64,000 bases of DNA from Candidatus Bathyarchaeota archaeon (GCA_963832745.1 CAWHVC010000005.1:192001-256000); one strand, 5' to 3'. Numbered from the stretch's first letter, positions 30,693 through 40,426 are shown. The notes: generated by a model from the sequence alone, not told the origin. Numbers and translations are program-made.

Positions 30693-33302
30693 TTAAGGTC
30701 TTTTTCTAAGAACCAACACTGCTATTGCAATGGCAATAATGATAGCTACTGCTGCACCGATAACCGTTGTTATAGTTGTATTATTCACGGAGTCAAAAGT
30801 AATCGGTGATGGCGTCGATGATGCTGCGGGTGCTTCAAGAACGCTAGCATATGTGGTTGCAAAGGAACTGCCATAAGAATCATCACCCATGAAAGTTGCT
30901 GTTATCACATAGTCACCTGCTAATTCTGGCGTCCAAGTGTAGCTGAATGTTCCGCTATAACCGTCACTGGTCACTGTTGCAATATGCACTGAGTTACCGT
31001 TAGGATCAACAGCATCAATAGAAATTGGAACACCCGTAATTGTTTCGTTACCCCATAGGCCAGCTATTGGTTGTTGCATAAACAGGTACTCCATTTGTGT
31101 AGTCATTGAATCAGCTGAAACACAAGCCGTACCAGCCTGTGCTGGAGACATATCAAGAACTGTACCAGTAATTACTGCGCTTTGACCTATCGCTAACGAA
31201 ACTTGTGGAGCCGAAACTGTAGTTTCACTTTGACCTTTACCGAAAGCATATGTATATCCATCCCACGAGTTTGACGCTACCAAGTAACCGTCAGCAACTG
31301 CACCAGGACTAATTTCGCCTGACAGATGCCATAATTCTTCGCCGTTAGTCACGTTAACGCACCGGATAGCCCAACCTCTTGTTCTAGGCCAGCTTGCAGT
31401 GTGTTCTGTGTTGTATGTGAAGAGTTTGCCATCAGCTACAAATCCGCCTGTATTGAATGGATAAACTGATGTGCCATTTCCGTCGTTATAGGGGCTTTCA
31501 AAAGCTGCTAAAGCCGGTGAGGTATATTTCCAAGCAATTTCTCCAGTGTCCCAATCGAACGCGTAGATTCCATCGTATGCTTCTCTGAAAAGAAGACCAT
31601 AGCCTGACTGTAAAGCATAAGCTCCAAAACTAGCTGATGACCAAGGATAATCCATTGTTTCGCTTTGCCACGCCAAAGTTCCTGTTTGCAGGTCGTATGC
31701 TAAGAAGTATCCTAGCTGGGTAAGGACCGCGATTTTTCCGTGATCCGCTATGTAACATGATCTGCTGTACTGTGCTGTGTCAACTAGTTTATCCCAAAGG
31801 GCTACGCCGTCTGATAGTCTGTATGCTTGAATGTGCATTTGCTCATAAATTCCTGTTGAATTGTTCAGTTGAACTGCAGCTATTGCTACGCCTATGCCTA
31901 CATTAAAATCGACAAGAAGACCGTTGTTGAATGCATTAACTTCATCAGCGATAGCGGGGTATATTGACTGGGTAAGGCTAGGTCGGGCATAAGTAGTGTT
32001 GCTGATTAATCTTGAGGCAAAGTTTCCAGAGCCATCAGTTGTCCAATTAAGCAAACGGTACCGTTGATCACCTGCAGATGCACCAAGGTCTTGAATCGTC
32101 AAAACGTATGAGTCCATGTAGTAATAGCTAGTTTGCGTTGTCAATGGTGAAAGCGAAATGTTCGTAACAGCGCCGCTCCAAGGATTAACCTTCAATAATC
32201 TTGCACCGCCTGACCCGGTTGTTAGGGATATAAGTTCAACAGAATAGGTGCTTTGTGCTTCAGCGCCAGGTACCGATCCTCCGCCGGGTTCGACATATGA
32301 AATGTAGCTTGGTGTGACACCACCTGTTGCGGTTGGTATTTCATAGTATATTTCGCCTGTTCTAAGGTCATAGCATGCTGCGACACTGCCAACGCCGGGT
32401 TTGGTATATGTTTGGTAGCATCTTCCGCTAAAGATTACACTGGGAGTACCGCCGCCAGCACTAAGCCCGTATTGCCCTGCCTGCCCACCTATCAGGCCTG
32501 CTATTGCATTTTGCTTTCGCCAGACTACGTGTGCTGTGTTAGGTGCTGTGACCCATGGATGAAAGTCAGCTGTAGGATTCCAAACAGGATTTGTATTAGG
32601 ATACATTGCATCCCAAGTAGCCCCACCGCCTATGTAGCCAGTACCAGGGTAGTTTCCAAGAATAGGCCACCATTCACGATTCTCAAGTGAAACAGGCCGA
32701 GTCCAATAATCAGTTGGCAACGCCGCTGGAGGCCAAGATGGCACCATGTCTTCTTGCACTATTAGAGTTTGTTGTTCTGTACTACTCGGTTCATAGTATG
32801 TTGACTCGCTAAAGTCCCACACCTGAGAGCCAACGAATGCCCCACTGTATACAGTGTAGTTTCCAGCTGGGAAGTAACCACCTGGAAAAACAAACTGTAT
32901 TTTCCATTCTCCAACTTGGTCAACTGGATATTCTATATAGGCCGTTGTGTCAGCTCGATAAGAATTCTTAACAACTGTATCAGTAGAACCGTCTGGTTTA
33001 GTAAAAATTATTTGGTAATCGGTGAAGTATCGGCTTACGTGAAGTGCAGGGTTGAGCCAAACGTTTACTAGTAGTGTTTGGCCTTTTCCAATTACACTTG
33101 GACTAAAGCTAAGGAAGGCGCGTGTTGTCTCTGTATTATCAGGGGTAGTACCAGAAGGTAAAGCAATTGAGCCACCTTCTTGCAAGTTTGTATAAGTTGT
33201 TTGCGGTGTTTGTGCATTTGCAGGAAGTGTTGTTAACGCAGTTGATGTTATCAAAAGAAACGCTATGCTTAAAGATATGACAATTTTTGATAAGGTTTTC
33301 AG
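30693..33302 (-). CDS. Large PQQ/BamB-like beta-propeller surface protein, paralog 2 (probable CTG start)
   Basis: Colinear with paralog 1 (LPTDYWTRPV, TAPNTAH, MDYPW, NTEHT..PRTRGW, VADGYL, FGKGQS); in-frame CTG at 33302 after AGGAG restores the signal peptide. Confidence 0.85.
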   Translation of the reverse strand: MKTLSKIVISLSIAFLLITSTALTTLPANAQTPQTTYTNLQEGGSIALPSGTTPDNTETTRAFLSFSPSVIGKGQTLLVNVWLNPALHVSRYFTDYQIIFTKPDGSTDTVVKNSYRADTTAYIEYPVDQVGEWKIQFVFPGGYFPAGNYTVYSGAFVGSQVWDFSESTYYEPSSTEQQTLIVQEDMVPSWPPAALPTDYWTRPVSLENREWWPILGNYPGTGYIGGGATWDAMYPNTNPVWNPTADFHPWVTAPNTAHVVWRKQNAIAGLIGGQAGQYGLSAGGGTPSVIFSGRCYQTYTKPGVGSVAACYDLRTGEIYYEIPTATGGVTPSYISYVEPGGGSVPGAEAQSTYSVELISLTTGSGGARLLKVNPWSGAVTNISLSPLTTQTSYYYMDSYVLTIQDLGASAGDQRYRLLNWTTDGSGNFASRLISNTTYARPSLTQSIYPAIADEVNAFNNGLLVDFNVGIGVAIAAVQLNNSTGIYEQMHIQAYRLSDGVALWDKLVDTAQYSRSCYIADHGKIAVLTQLGYFLAYDLQTGTLAWQSETMDYPWSSASFGAYALQSGYGLLFREAYDGIYAFDWDTGEIAWKYTSPALAAFESPYNDGNGTSVYPFNTGGFVADGKLFTYNTEHTASWPRTRGWAIRCVNVTNGEELWHLSGEISPGAVADGYLVASNSWDGYTYAFGKGQSETTVSAPQVSLAIGQSAVITGTVLDMSPAQAGTACVSADSMTTQMEYLFMQQPIAGLWGNETITGVPISIDAVDPNGNSVHIATVTSDGYSGTFSYTWTPELAGDYVITATFMGDDSYGSSFATTYASVLEAPAASSTPSPITFDSVNNTTITTVIGAAVAIIIAIAIAVLVLRKRP

Positions 33303-33343
33303 TTTTATTTTCTCCTTTTAATTTAATATAGAGGCAAGTTGGT

Positions 33344-33386
33344 GAAAAACAGTTATAATTCGTACTCACCTATCGTGAGTAAAACA
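33344..33386 (-). promoter_or_regulatory. Conserved promoter/operator, copy 2 (TACTCAC-N5-GTGAGTA next to TTATAA)
   Basis: 7-bp perfect palindrome arms at 33363-33381. Confidence 0.7.
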
Positions 33387-33645
33387 CTTTACCGATTAAT
33401 CAGTTAAAAATTATGTTTAGATGAAAAATTACATAAATAAACGAGCAAAATTCAAAAAAAATTATTGCTAATTGAGCCTTATTCACACAAGTCCACGGAT
33501 TTATACATCAATAAATTGGTTGCAACCACCTAATATTTTCCAACTGATTTTTCAAACACTCGTTAAGAATCCAAAAATTTACTCCAATTTAATTTTAAAA
33601 ACTAAAAATAAATCTCCGAAATGTAGCACAAAAAAGAATTACCTC

Positions 33646-33691
33646 AGGTGAATAACTTTACAGGTTACCACACCTGTAAAGCTATCCACCC
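33646..33691 (-). other. ~20-bp RNA hairpin immediately 3' of the C/D sRNA
   Basis: GGGUGGAUAGCUUUACAGGU pairs with ACCUGUAAAGUUAUUCACCU; three mismatches become G-U pairs only on the minus strand. Confidence 0.6.
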
Positions 33692-33694
33692 TTA

Positions 33695-33759
33695 GCCGTC
33701 TGAGTAACTCTGAATTTTCATCCAACAATTGTCAATCTAATGCCTTCTCATCATTCGGC
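33695..33759 (-). ncRNA. Probable box C/D methylation-guide sRNA (double guide, 23S rRNA)
   Basis: GCCG/CGGC terminal stem, box C ATGATGA, D' TTGA, C' TGGATGA, D CAGA; guides are antisense to TAATGCCTT and AGTAACTCTGA. Confidence 0.72.
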
Positions 33760-33792
33760 ACCACAGTAACAATAAAACAAAAATAAAAGCAT

Positions 33793-34665
33793 TCAGAGAA
33801 AACCGAGAGATAAAGCACCGAAAAGATAAGCCAAAAGCCCCACCAAGAACAGCATCAAAACAACATTTTTGATTTTTCTTGCTTTCTCCCGTGAATGATT
33901 CAAAAGAAGAAGCACAGAGCATACCAACAGGCCTATATCAGTGACAAGAACAAGCGGCACAAACAGTATACCCACCAACCCCAAAAACCACGTAACAGGA
34001 GTTAAAGCCACCGCGAAAACGAAAAAGCCAACCGCCACCACCGCCGCAGCTTTTTCACCAAACCGCACAGCCAAGGTCTTTACACCTTCAGCACTGTCAC
34101 CTTTAACATCTACAATACCCTTGGTAATTTCTCTGCCCGTGTTTGAGAGGAAAGCCATAGACGCGAAAAGCATAACGTTTAATCCGACCGTTCCAAGGGC
34201 GGTTACGCTTCCGTAAATGAATGGGATTGCTACACAGGCGCTGACCAGAAAGTTTCCTGGTAAGCCGCTGCGTTTACCAACTGTGAGATAGGTTCCGGTT
34301 AATACTAAAGAGATTGCGGCAACCACAAAACATAGAAGGCCGTATGGTTGTACGAGAAGAGAGAATATGAAGCCAACAACGATTAATCCAGCCATGAAAG
34401 CCAAGGCTTCTCTGGGTTTTACGGTGCCACTTGGAATAGGTCGTTGGGGTTCGTTGATGGCGTCGATTTTGCGGTCGTAGTAATCGTTGATTACCATTGC
34501 GGCGGCGCAGAAGGTGAATCCAGTTAGGAAGCCATAGAGAATGTTAAGCCAGTTTAGACCGCCGAGTTGCGGGTAGGCAAGGAGGGCGCCGACGAAAACG
34601 GCGAAACCCATCATTATGCAGTTGATTGGACGCATTAGTTTTATGAATCCGCTGAGTTTGTTCAT
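33793..34665 (-). CDS. Digeranylgeranylglyceryl phosphate synthase (UbiA family)
   Basis: LMRPIN, NDYYDRKIDAINEPQRPIPSG, GREITKGIVDVKGD. Confidence 0.88.
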   Translation of the reverse strand: MNKLSGFIKLMRPINCIMMGFAVFVGALLAYPQLGGLNWLNILYGFLTGFTFCAAAMVINDYYDRKIDAINEPQRPIPSGTVKPREALAFMAGLIVVGFIFSLLVQPYGLLCFVVAAISLVLTGTYLTVGKRSGLPGNFLVSACVAIPFIYGSVTALGTVGLNVMLFASMAFLSNTGREITKGIVDVKGDSAEGVKTLAVRFGEKAAAVVAVGFFVFAVALTPVTWFLGLVGILFVPLVLVTDIGLLVCSVLLLLNHSREKARKIKNVVLMLFLVGLLAYLFGALSLGFL

Positions 34666-34891
34666 GCTGCTTCCTGTTTCCGTTGCCTTTGTAGTTGGTT
34701 AAGGTTAGTTATAAAAATTCTATTAAAAACATAACTTACGTGGCTTTGTTTTTTGGTTTTAGCAAGGATAATCATTGCAGAAAAAGCAATAAAAACGCAT
34801 GTTAACACTCGAACCAGTCAATTAAATACTTTAACGTTAAATGTTCCGCAATTATTTTATTGTTGACAACCGTTTGAAGATTTGACGGACA

Positions 34892-35308
34892 ATGTCAAAC
34901 CCGACGCCAACAACAGCGCCCAAAATAAAAAAACAAAAAAGTCTAAGAATCCTACTGATGATTGCGGGCACAATATCCCTTGGGTTAGGTGCAGTCGGAA
35001 TCTTCTTGCCCATTCTGCCGACAACGCCGTTTCTGTTGGTTGCAGCCGCCTGTTACTTAAGAAGTTCAGAGCGAATGTATAATTGGCTACTGAAAAACCG
35101 TTGGTTTGGAGAATACTTACAGAATTATCAGGAAGGCAAAGGTATTCCTATGAAGTCAAAAATTTTTGTTATTACACTTTTATGGGCTTCTATTCTTTAT
35201 TCTTCATTGTTTATTGTTGATGAAATATTGGTAGTGCAGGTTGCCTTGCTTTTGGTTGCAGTCGGTGTAAGTGTGCATCTAATGCGGTTACCTACCCTGC
35301 ACAAGTAA
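34892..35308 (+). CDS. YbaN/DUF454 membrane protein
   Basis: LGAVGIFLPILPTTPFLLVAAACYLRSSER. Confidence 0.9.
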   Translation: MSNPTPTTAPKIKKQKSLRILLMIAGTISLGLGAVGIFLPILPTTPFLLVAAACYLRSSERMYNWLLKNRWFGEYLQNYQEGKGIPMKSKIFVITLLWASILYSSLFIVDEILVVQVALLLVAVGVSVHLMRLPTLHK

Positions 35309-35398
35309 AGTAGAGCATCAATCTGTACATGTAATGAGGATAGTTTTAAAAAGACAGTTCGTGCCTATTTGTATTAGACATGTTATTGGTGAAATGTT

Positions 35399-36700
35399 TT
35401 GGGTGACAACTACGCGCCATTAGTTGGAGATTGTTATTCCCCTGAAAAACTACGCGTTATCATTCCAGTAGGCGGAAAAGCTACACGGTTGTTGCCGTTA
35501 ACAGCAGAGACAAGCAAAGCCTGCTTACGTCTGTTAAACAGGCCACTTGTAGAGTTTTCACTTCTTTCCTTGGCGTCTCAGGGAATCCGCAACTTTATTT
35601 TCGGCGTAAAAGGCTACACTAACTACCGAGACCTTTACGATTATTTTGAGTCAGGCTACGGTTTTAGCGCAAGATACAACATTAAACCACGCATACACAT
35701 CAAATATCAACCTAACGTGCCTGACTTGGGCAGTGCCGATTCAGCAAGCATAAACATGGAATACTACAACCTTAAAAACCCAGTTTTCGCGGTTCAAGGC
35801 GATAACATTTTTGACGTTAAAGTCAAGAGTTTAATAGATTTTCACCAAGAAAAAGGTGCAGCTTTAACCATCGTTCTACGGGAAGTTGATAACGTGGAAG
35901 GTTTAGGCATAGCTGACATTGACAAGAACGGCAAAATCAACCGTTTCGTAGAAAAACCGTTGCCTAAAGACGCCCCCAGCAACCTTGCCAACACCGGCTT
36001 ATACGTGATTTCTCCAGAAGTGAGAAAAATATTCAAAGAAAAAGGCGTTCAACAAATAATCAAAGAAAAAAATCGTCTAGATTTCGGTTACGACTTTATT
36101 CCGTACGTTATCCAGTCAGGTCGTCCAGTGTACGGTTACACGCTTAAAGGCAGCTGGTTTGACGTAGGCACACCTAAAAGCTACTTGGAAGCCATGAAAA
36201 ACCTGTTGCAAGGCGGTTTCTCAATGCTTAACGATTTTGGTGGACGTTTAAGCCCTGACCCACACTGTCTTATTTGGGTACAAGGGGACAGTAACGATTC
36301 TGAAAAGCGTCGTGAACAAATTGTGCAAAGAATAAAGCAGAAAAAGATTCATGTTGAAGGAGCCGTGTTGATTGGGCGTCACTGCCAGATTGAGGATGGC
36401 GCAACCTTAAGCAACTGTTGCATCGACAACTTTACACGTATCGGCAAAAACGCTGTTGTTAGCAACTCTGCGGTTATGGATAGGGCAATAATTGGCGACT
36501 ATGCGGAAGTGCATGAAAGCATAATTGGCAGGCATGTAGCTGTTTATTCAAGCCAGAAGAAGCCAACTAAAATTATTGAGGTTTCAGTGGTAGCTGACGA
36601 TGTTACAGTGGATGAAGGTTGCTTGCTTAGTGGGTCAAAGGTTTATCCGCATCAAAATGTTAGGGGAGAATTTATAAACCAAATCCTAATGGCCAATTAA
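35399..36700 (+). CDS. NDP-sugar synthase (sugar-1-phosphate nucleotidyltransferase with hexapeptide repeats)
   Basis: GGKATRLLPLT, QGDN, FVEKP, WFDVGTP, C-terminal left-handed beta-helix. Confidence 0.85.
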   Translation: MGDNYAPLVGDCYSPEKLRVIIPVGGKATRLLPLTAETSKACLRLLNRPLVEFSLLSLASQGIRNFIFGVKGYTNYRDLYDYFESGYGFSARYNIKPRIHIKYQPNVPDLGSADSASINMEYYNLKNPVFAVQGDNIFDVKVKSLIDFHQEKGAALTIVLREVDNVEGLGIADIDKNGKINRFVEKPLPKDAPSNLANTGLYVISPEVRKIFKEKGVQQIIKEKNRLDFGYDFIPYVIQSGRPVYGYTLKGSWFDVGTPKSYLEAMKNLLQGGFSMLNDFGGRLSPDPHCLIWVQGDSNDSEKRREQIVQRIKQKKIHVEGAVLIGRHCQIEDGATLSNCCIDNFTRIGKNAVVSNSAVMDRAIIGDYAEVHESIIGRHVAVYSSQKKPTKIIEVSVVADDVTVDEGCLLSGSKVYPHQNVRGEFINQILMAN

Positions 36701-37263
36701 GCCTTAAACCATTTGAAAATCAAGTATTTCGTTTTTTCTTCCTTTTTGTCAGGCACCGCGATTATGAAGCGTTTGCGTACAGTTGTGGCGAGTCTACCGG
36801 CTTTCACAATTTCTGTTGCTGAAATGGTGCTGCCCTGCGGTTTAACTGAAACCATGTAAGGCGCATGCTCTATGCCGGGTCCATATTTGTAGACGGCGAA
36901 ATCGCAACCGAATTTGATGCCTGGAGTAACTATTAAGCCGCTTGCACGCAGGTCACGGTAAACAGCGTATTTTTCTTCAAATTCGTCATAAAGTTCAAGA
37001 GCTTTTTCTCTAAGGACTTTGAGGCTAACAGGTGTTTGGTTTTCGTGTACTTCAATTTGCCCTGTCTCTGCAAGGTAGAAGCCTTCCATTAAGTCTAAAA
37101 TTAGCGGTACGTCGAATTCTGGAATTTTGGGTTTTGGAATGCCGATTGGTTTGCCGTAGTAGGCTGATTTGTAAAGGCTTGAGCCTTCCTGCGGGTTCCA
37201 AACGACCAGAAAATTATCTATAAGTTCAACTTGGATTTTCTGGTTTTCAACTTTTTGAGGCAA
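36697..37263 (-). CDS. endA: tRNA-intron endonuclease, catalytic subunit
   Basis: VYRDLR...GIKFGCDFAVY...EHAPY...GRLATTVRK with the Tyr/His/Lys triad. Confidence 0.9.
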   Translation of the reverse strand: MPQKVENQKIQVELIDNFLVVWNPQEGSSLYKSAYYGKPIGIPKPKIPEFDVPLILDLMEGFYLAETGQIEVHENQTPVSLKVLREKALELYDEFEEKYAVYRDLRASGLIVTPGIKFGCDFAVYKYGPGIEHAPYMVSVKPQGSTISATEIVKAGRLATTVRKRFIIAVPDKKEEKTKYLIFKWFKA

Positions 37264-37264
37264 A

Positions 37265-37924
37265 TTACATTACCATGGACAGCATTCGTGCTGTGTCTGC
37301 GGCGTCTTCGGCTTTGTCAGCGGAGTTTTCAAGCAGTTGTAGTACGTCTCGAAGTAAAAGCAGCACTGGAGTCTCAAGTTTGCCGGTTAAAACTTTAATT
37401 GATAATGTACGATATTGGTCGTCGACTATTCGTTCGGCGATTTCTACATCTTTGGCTCGTTCCAAGGTTTTTTGTGAACCATAATTAAGAACCATCATGG
37501 TTTCACGGAGTTTAAGCACCGCGTCAAGCACTGCTGAGGATAATTTGGTTAAGTCATTTTTGATGTCTGTTGATACTACCCAGTTGTGCTCCATGATTTC
37601 TACCAGATAAAAGGCGATGCCTTCGGAGAAGTCAGCTATTTCACTTGAAAGATTAGTAAACCGTAGGAAGTCTTCTCTGCTGATTAGAATTGCGCCTATT
37701 TCGGCGAGTTCCTGACTGACCATTCGTCGTGCTTTAACGACTTCTTCTTCGCCAGCGCGTATTTCTGTTAATAATTTTCTGGCGTTATCTTTGTCTCCAC
37801 TTGCAAAACATTCTACCAACTGTGGAATTTTTCTGGAAACATCTACAACTTTACGTAAATTATCTGAACAAGCATTTATAGCTCTACGCTTTACGCGCTC
37901 TTCTGTTTCTGCGGGAAGTACCAA
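37265..37924 (-). CDS. DUF47/PhoU-like helical-bundle protein
   Basis: REDFLR...EIADF; ERIVDD...LENSADKAEDAAD. Confidence 0.8.
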   Translation of the reverse strand: MVLPAETEERVKRRAINACSDNLRKVVDVSRKIPQLVECFASGDKDNARKLLTEIRAGEEEVVKARRMVSQELAEIGAILISREDFLRFTNLSSEIADFSEGIAFYLVEIMEHNWVVSTDIKNDLTKLSSAVLDAVLKLRETMMVLNYGSQKTLERAKDVEIAERIVDDQYRTLSIKVLTGKLETPVLLLLRDVLQLLENSADKAEDAADTARMLSMVM

Positions 37925-37998
37925 TCTGTTTTTGCGCCCCTCTCATCCATTACCGTATTTTTTAGTATTTCTTTGTACGTGTGCATTAAAAAAGGTAG

Positions 37999-39774
37999 CT
38001 ACTTACTTTGAACCGATTCTCCTAAGGATTCAAAGTTAATTTTTTCAGTGAAGTATTGGTGAAGTAGTTCAGGTAAATCTTTGATTGCTGTGCGTACTTG
38101 CTGCCAGCTATCTCTGTCGCGGATGGTTACTGTGTTGTCCTCTAAGGTGTCATAGTCGATGGTGATGCCTAAAGCTACGCCTGCTTCGTCTGCACGTGCG
38201 TAACGTCTGCCAATGGAGCCTGCTTCGTCGTAATCAGTCATGAAGCCTGCCGCTGTCAACTGTTTTTGGAGTTCCAATGCTTTAGTGTCTAAACCGTCTT
38301 TGCCCATAAGCGGGTAAATGCCGATTTGAATAGGTGTGATACATCTTGGGAAGCTAAGGATTACACGGTCATCTTTAACATGGTATGCGTACTCGAGTGC
38401 CACATAGAATAAGCGGTCACAGCCGAAGCTGGGTTCAACCACATGGGGAGTAAAACGTTTGCCGCGTTCGACCGTTTTTTGGTGACCAATGTCTACTTGT
38501 TCTTTGAAAACTTGATAATTGCCTACCATAGTGTACCCGTCTTTGTTCATATCTACAAGGACTTTTTCAGGTGGAATCTTGGCAAGTTCCGCCGCAACTT
38601 TTGCTGCGTCGCCTTTGAAGACGGGACCAAGTTTTGCCAGTATAGGTTTAACAGCTAATTCTTCTTTCTCAATTGGGACAGCGTATTCTTTGTAAACGCG
38701 TAGGTCTACGCCGCTTGCTTTCATGTGGCAGTTTAAGTCGTAATCGGTGCGGTAAGCGTGACCGCTGACTTCGACCCAGCCCCAACGGTCAACGAGGACT
38801 TCTTGGTCAAAACTCTGCGTGCTGTAGTGAGCCTTTTCCCACGTGAGTTTTTCAAGGAAACGTTGACGCTCCACTGGAACGCCCAATTCGACAAGTAAGC
38901 GTTTTGCCATTGCCATAAAGAATGCTTGCCATTCACTAAGGATAACCTTCTTGTCCAAGGCTTCGCGGACAGTGAAGAGCGTGACATCCTCGCATTCTTT
39001 TAGCCGTGTATCACACAGTAGGATTGGGATAACCTCGTCTTCTACTTCTTTGATGAAACGGCAGGTTTGGTCTTCTGGGTCAAAGAAAAATTCCAAGTCA
39101 GAAATGGTAAATTCACGCAGGCGAATGAGACCTTGGCGTGGCGAAATTTCGTTGCGCAAGGCGTGACCGATTTGGATGGCGCCAAAGGGCAGTTTCTCGC
39201 GTGCGATGTTGTATAGACGGTTGAATTCGACGAAGATGTTTTGTGCAGCTTCTGGCCTACCGTAGCCGACTGCGCCACTGTACGGGCCAATAGTGGTCTC
39301 GAACATTGTCAGGTAACGTTGGGGCTTGCCAAATGTGCCTTTGCAGTCGGGGCAGACTATTTCGTGGGTGACGAGTTCAGCTGCGATTTCGTCAAGAGTC
39401 ATTTTTTCTGCTTCTTTACTGCTAATGCCTTTGTCCTCAAGCAGGTGGTCTGCTCGGAAACGGGTGTGGCATTTTTGACATTCAACCATAGGTTCTTTGA
39501 AGTGGTCAACGTGACCGCTGGCTTCAAATACTTTTCCGGGCGCGATGACCGAGGATTCCATCTCGAAAATGCCCAGTTTTTTAACAAATAATTCGCGGAG
39601 CCGCCCTTCTACGTTCTGTTTCAGGCGTGTGCCCAGTGGACCGTAGGTTACAAAGCCGGCTGTTCCGCCGTAAATCTCAAAACTTGACCAGAAAAAGCCT
39701 CGACGTTTGGCTAACTCGTTAATAGCAGTGAATTTGTCACATGCTGGTTTTGAACATTTAGCTTCATCGCTCAA
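37999..39774 (-). CDS. glyS: Glycine--tRNA ligase (archaeal/eukaryal alpha2 type)
   Basis: KRRGFF, ASGHVDHF, RPEAAQ, RNEISPRQGLIRLREF, VEPSFG, GSIGRRYARADE. Confidence 0.95.
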   Translation of the reverse strand: MSDEAKCSKPACDKFTAINELAKRRGFFWSSFEIYGGTAGFVTYGPLGTRLKQNVEGRLRELFVKKLGIFEMESSVIAPGKVFEASGHVDHFKEPMVECQKCHTRFRADHLLEDKGISSKEAEKMTLDEIAAELVTHEIVCPDCKGTFGKPQRYLTMFETTIGPYSGAVGYGRPEAAQNIFVEFNRLYNIAREKLPFGAIQIGHALRNEISPRQGLIRLREFTISDLEFFFDPEDQTCRFIKEVEDEVIPILLCDTRLKECEDVTLFTVREALDKKVILSEWQAFFMAMAKRLLVELGVPVERQRFLEKLTWEKAHYSTQSFDQEVLVDRWGWVEVSGHAYRTDYDLNCHMKASGVDLRVYKEYAVPIEKEELAVKPILAKLGPVFKGDAAKVAAELAKIPPEKVLVDMNKDGYTMVGNYQVFKEQVDIGHQKTVERGKRFTPHVVEPSFGCDRLFYVALEYAYHVKDDRVILSFPRCITPIQIGIYPLMGKDGLDTKALELQKQLTAAGFMTDYDEAGSIGRRYARADEAGVALGITIDYDTLEDNTVTIRDRDSWQQVRTAIKDLPELLHQYFTEKINFESLGESVQSK

Positions 39775-39883
39775 TTACGATTATCCCTTTTCATACGTTA
39801 GAACCCACAGCAGATTAAAATGTTGTCATGAAAAAAAAGTTTTTGCAGTGCTTGCTCGATTGCCTTTTCAGCATTAAAAGGGG

Positions 39884-40426
39884 TTATTGATGTGCCTCAC
39901 ATTTTTTGGTAACAATTAATCCGATGCTTGAAAACAGGATTAAGACAATTATGAATGCTACAGAGCTGAATTCAGGTATTGTTGAGGATGCATTCGGTGT
40001 TGCAGTGGCTTTTGGGTCTGTTTTGAGAGTCGACGGGGGTGTATTTGTTTCTGGAGGAACGGTTGTGGTTGGTGTTGGTGAAATTATTGGGGTTAAGGTT
40101 GGTGACGGCGAAGTTGTTGGAGTCGGAGTTGCCGTTTGTGATGGTGATGTTGTTGGGGTGTTTGAAGAGGGTAATGGCGGGTCGCATCTTGAGCAGGGAT
40201 GATAGCCATGATTTATTGCGTCTTGGGCGTCTATAAACCAGATTTTGTTTTCCTCTTTAATGTTGGATACATAAGAGCACCAAGGATAATGGTAGACGTC
40301 GCTTTCTTTGCTTCCAACAAATTGCCCGGGATATGGAGTCTGTCCTGAAAGGGGCAGAGCCAGCACGAGAACTAACAATAAAGATATTTTAAATAGGATA
40401 ACGAAATTTATTTTCATTCTAACCAA
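39884..40426 (-). CDS. Secreted Ada-type metal-binding-domain protein with PEF-CTERM anchor
   Basis: Signal peptide; YHYPWC...GYHPCSRCDP; Thr/Pro linker; IPEF plus TM plus KK. Confidence 0.75.
   Translation of the reverse strand: MVRMKINFVILFKISLLLVLVLALPLSGQTPYPGQFVGSKESDVYHYPWCSYVSNIKEENKIWFIDAQDAINHGYHPCSRCDPPLPSSNTPTTSPSQTATPTPTTSPSPTLTPIISPTPTTTVPPETNTPPSTLKTDPKATATPNASSTIPEFSSVAFIIVLILFSSIGLIVTKKCEAHQ

Noticed and set aside
39990-40160. Thr/Pro-coding quasi-repeats (also about 1350-1390, 51850-51970, 61860-61900)
   Set aside because: Ordinary low-complexity linkers of surface proteins, not DNA repeat elements
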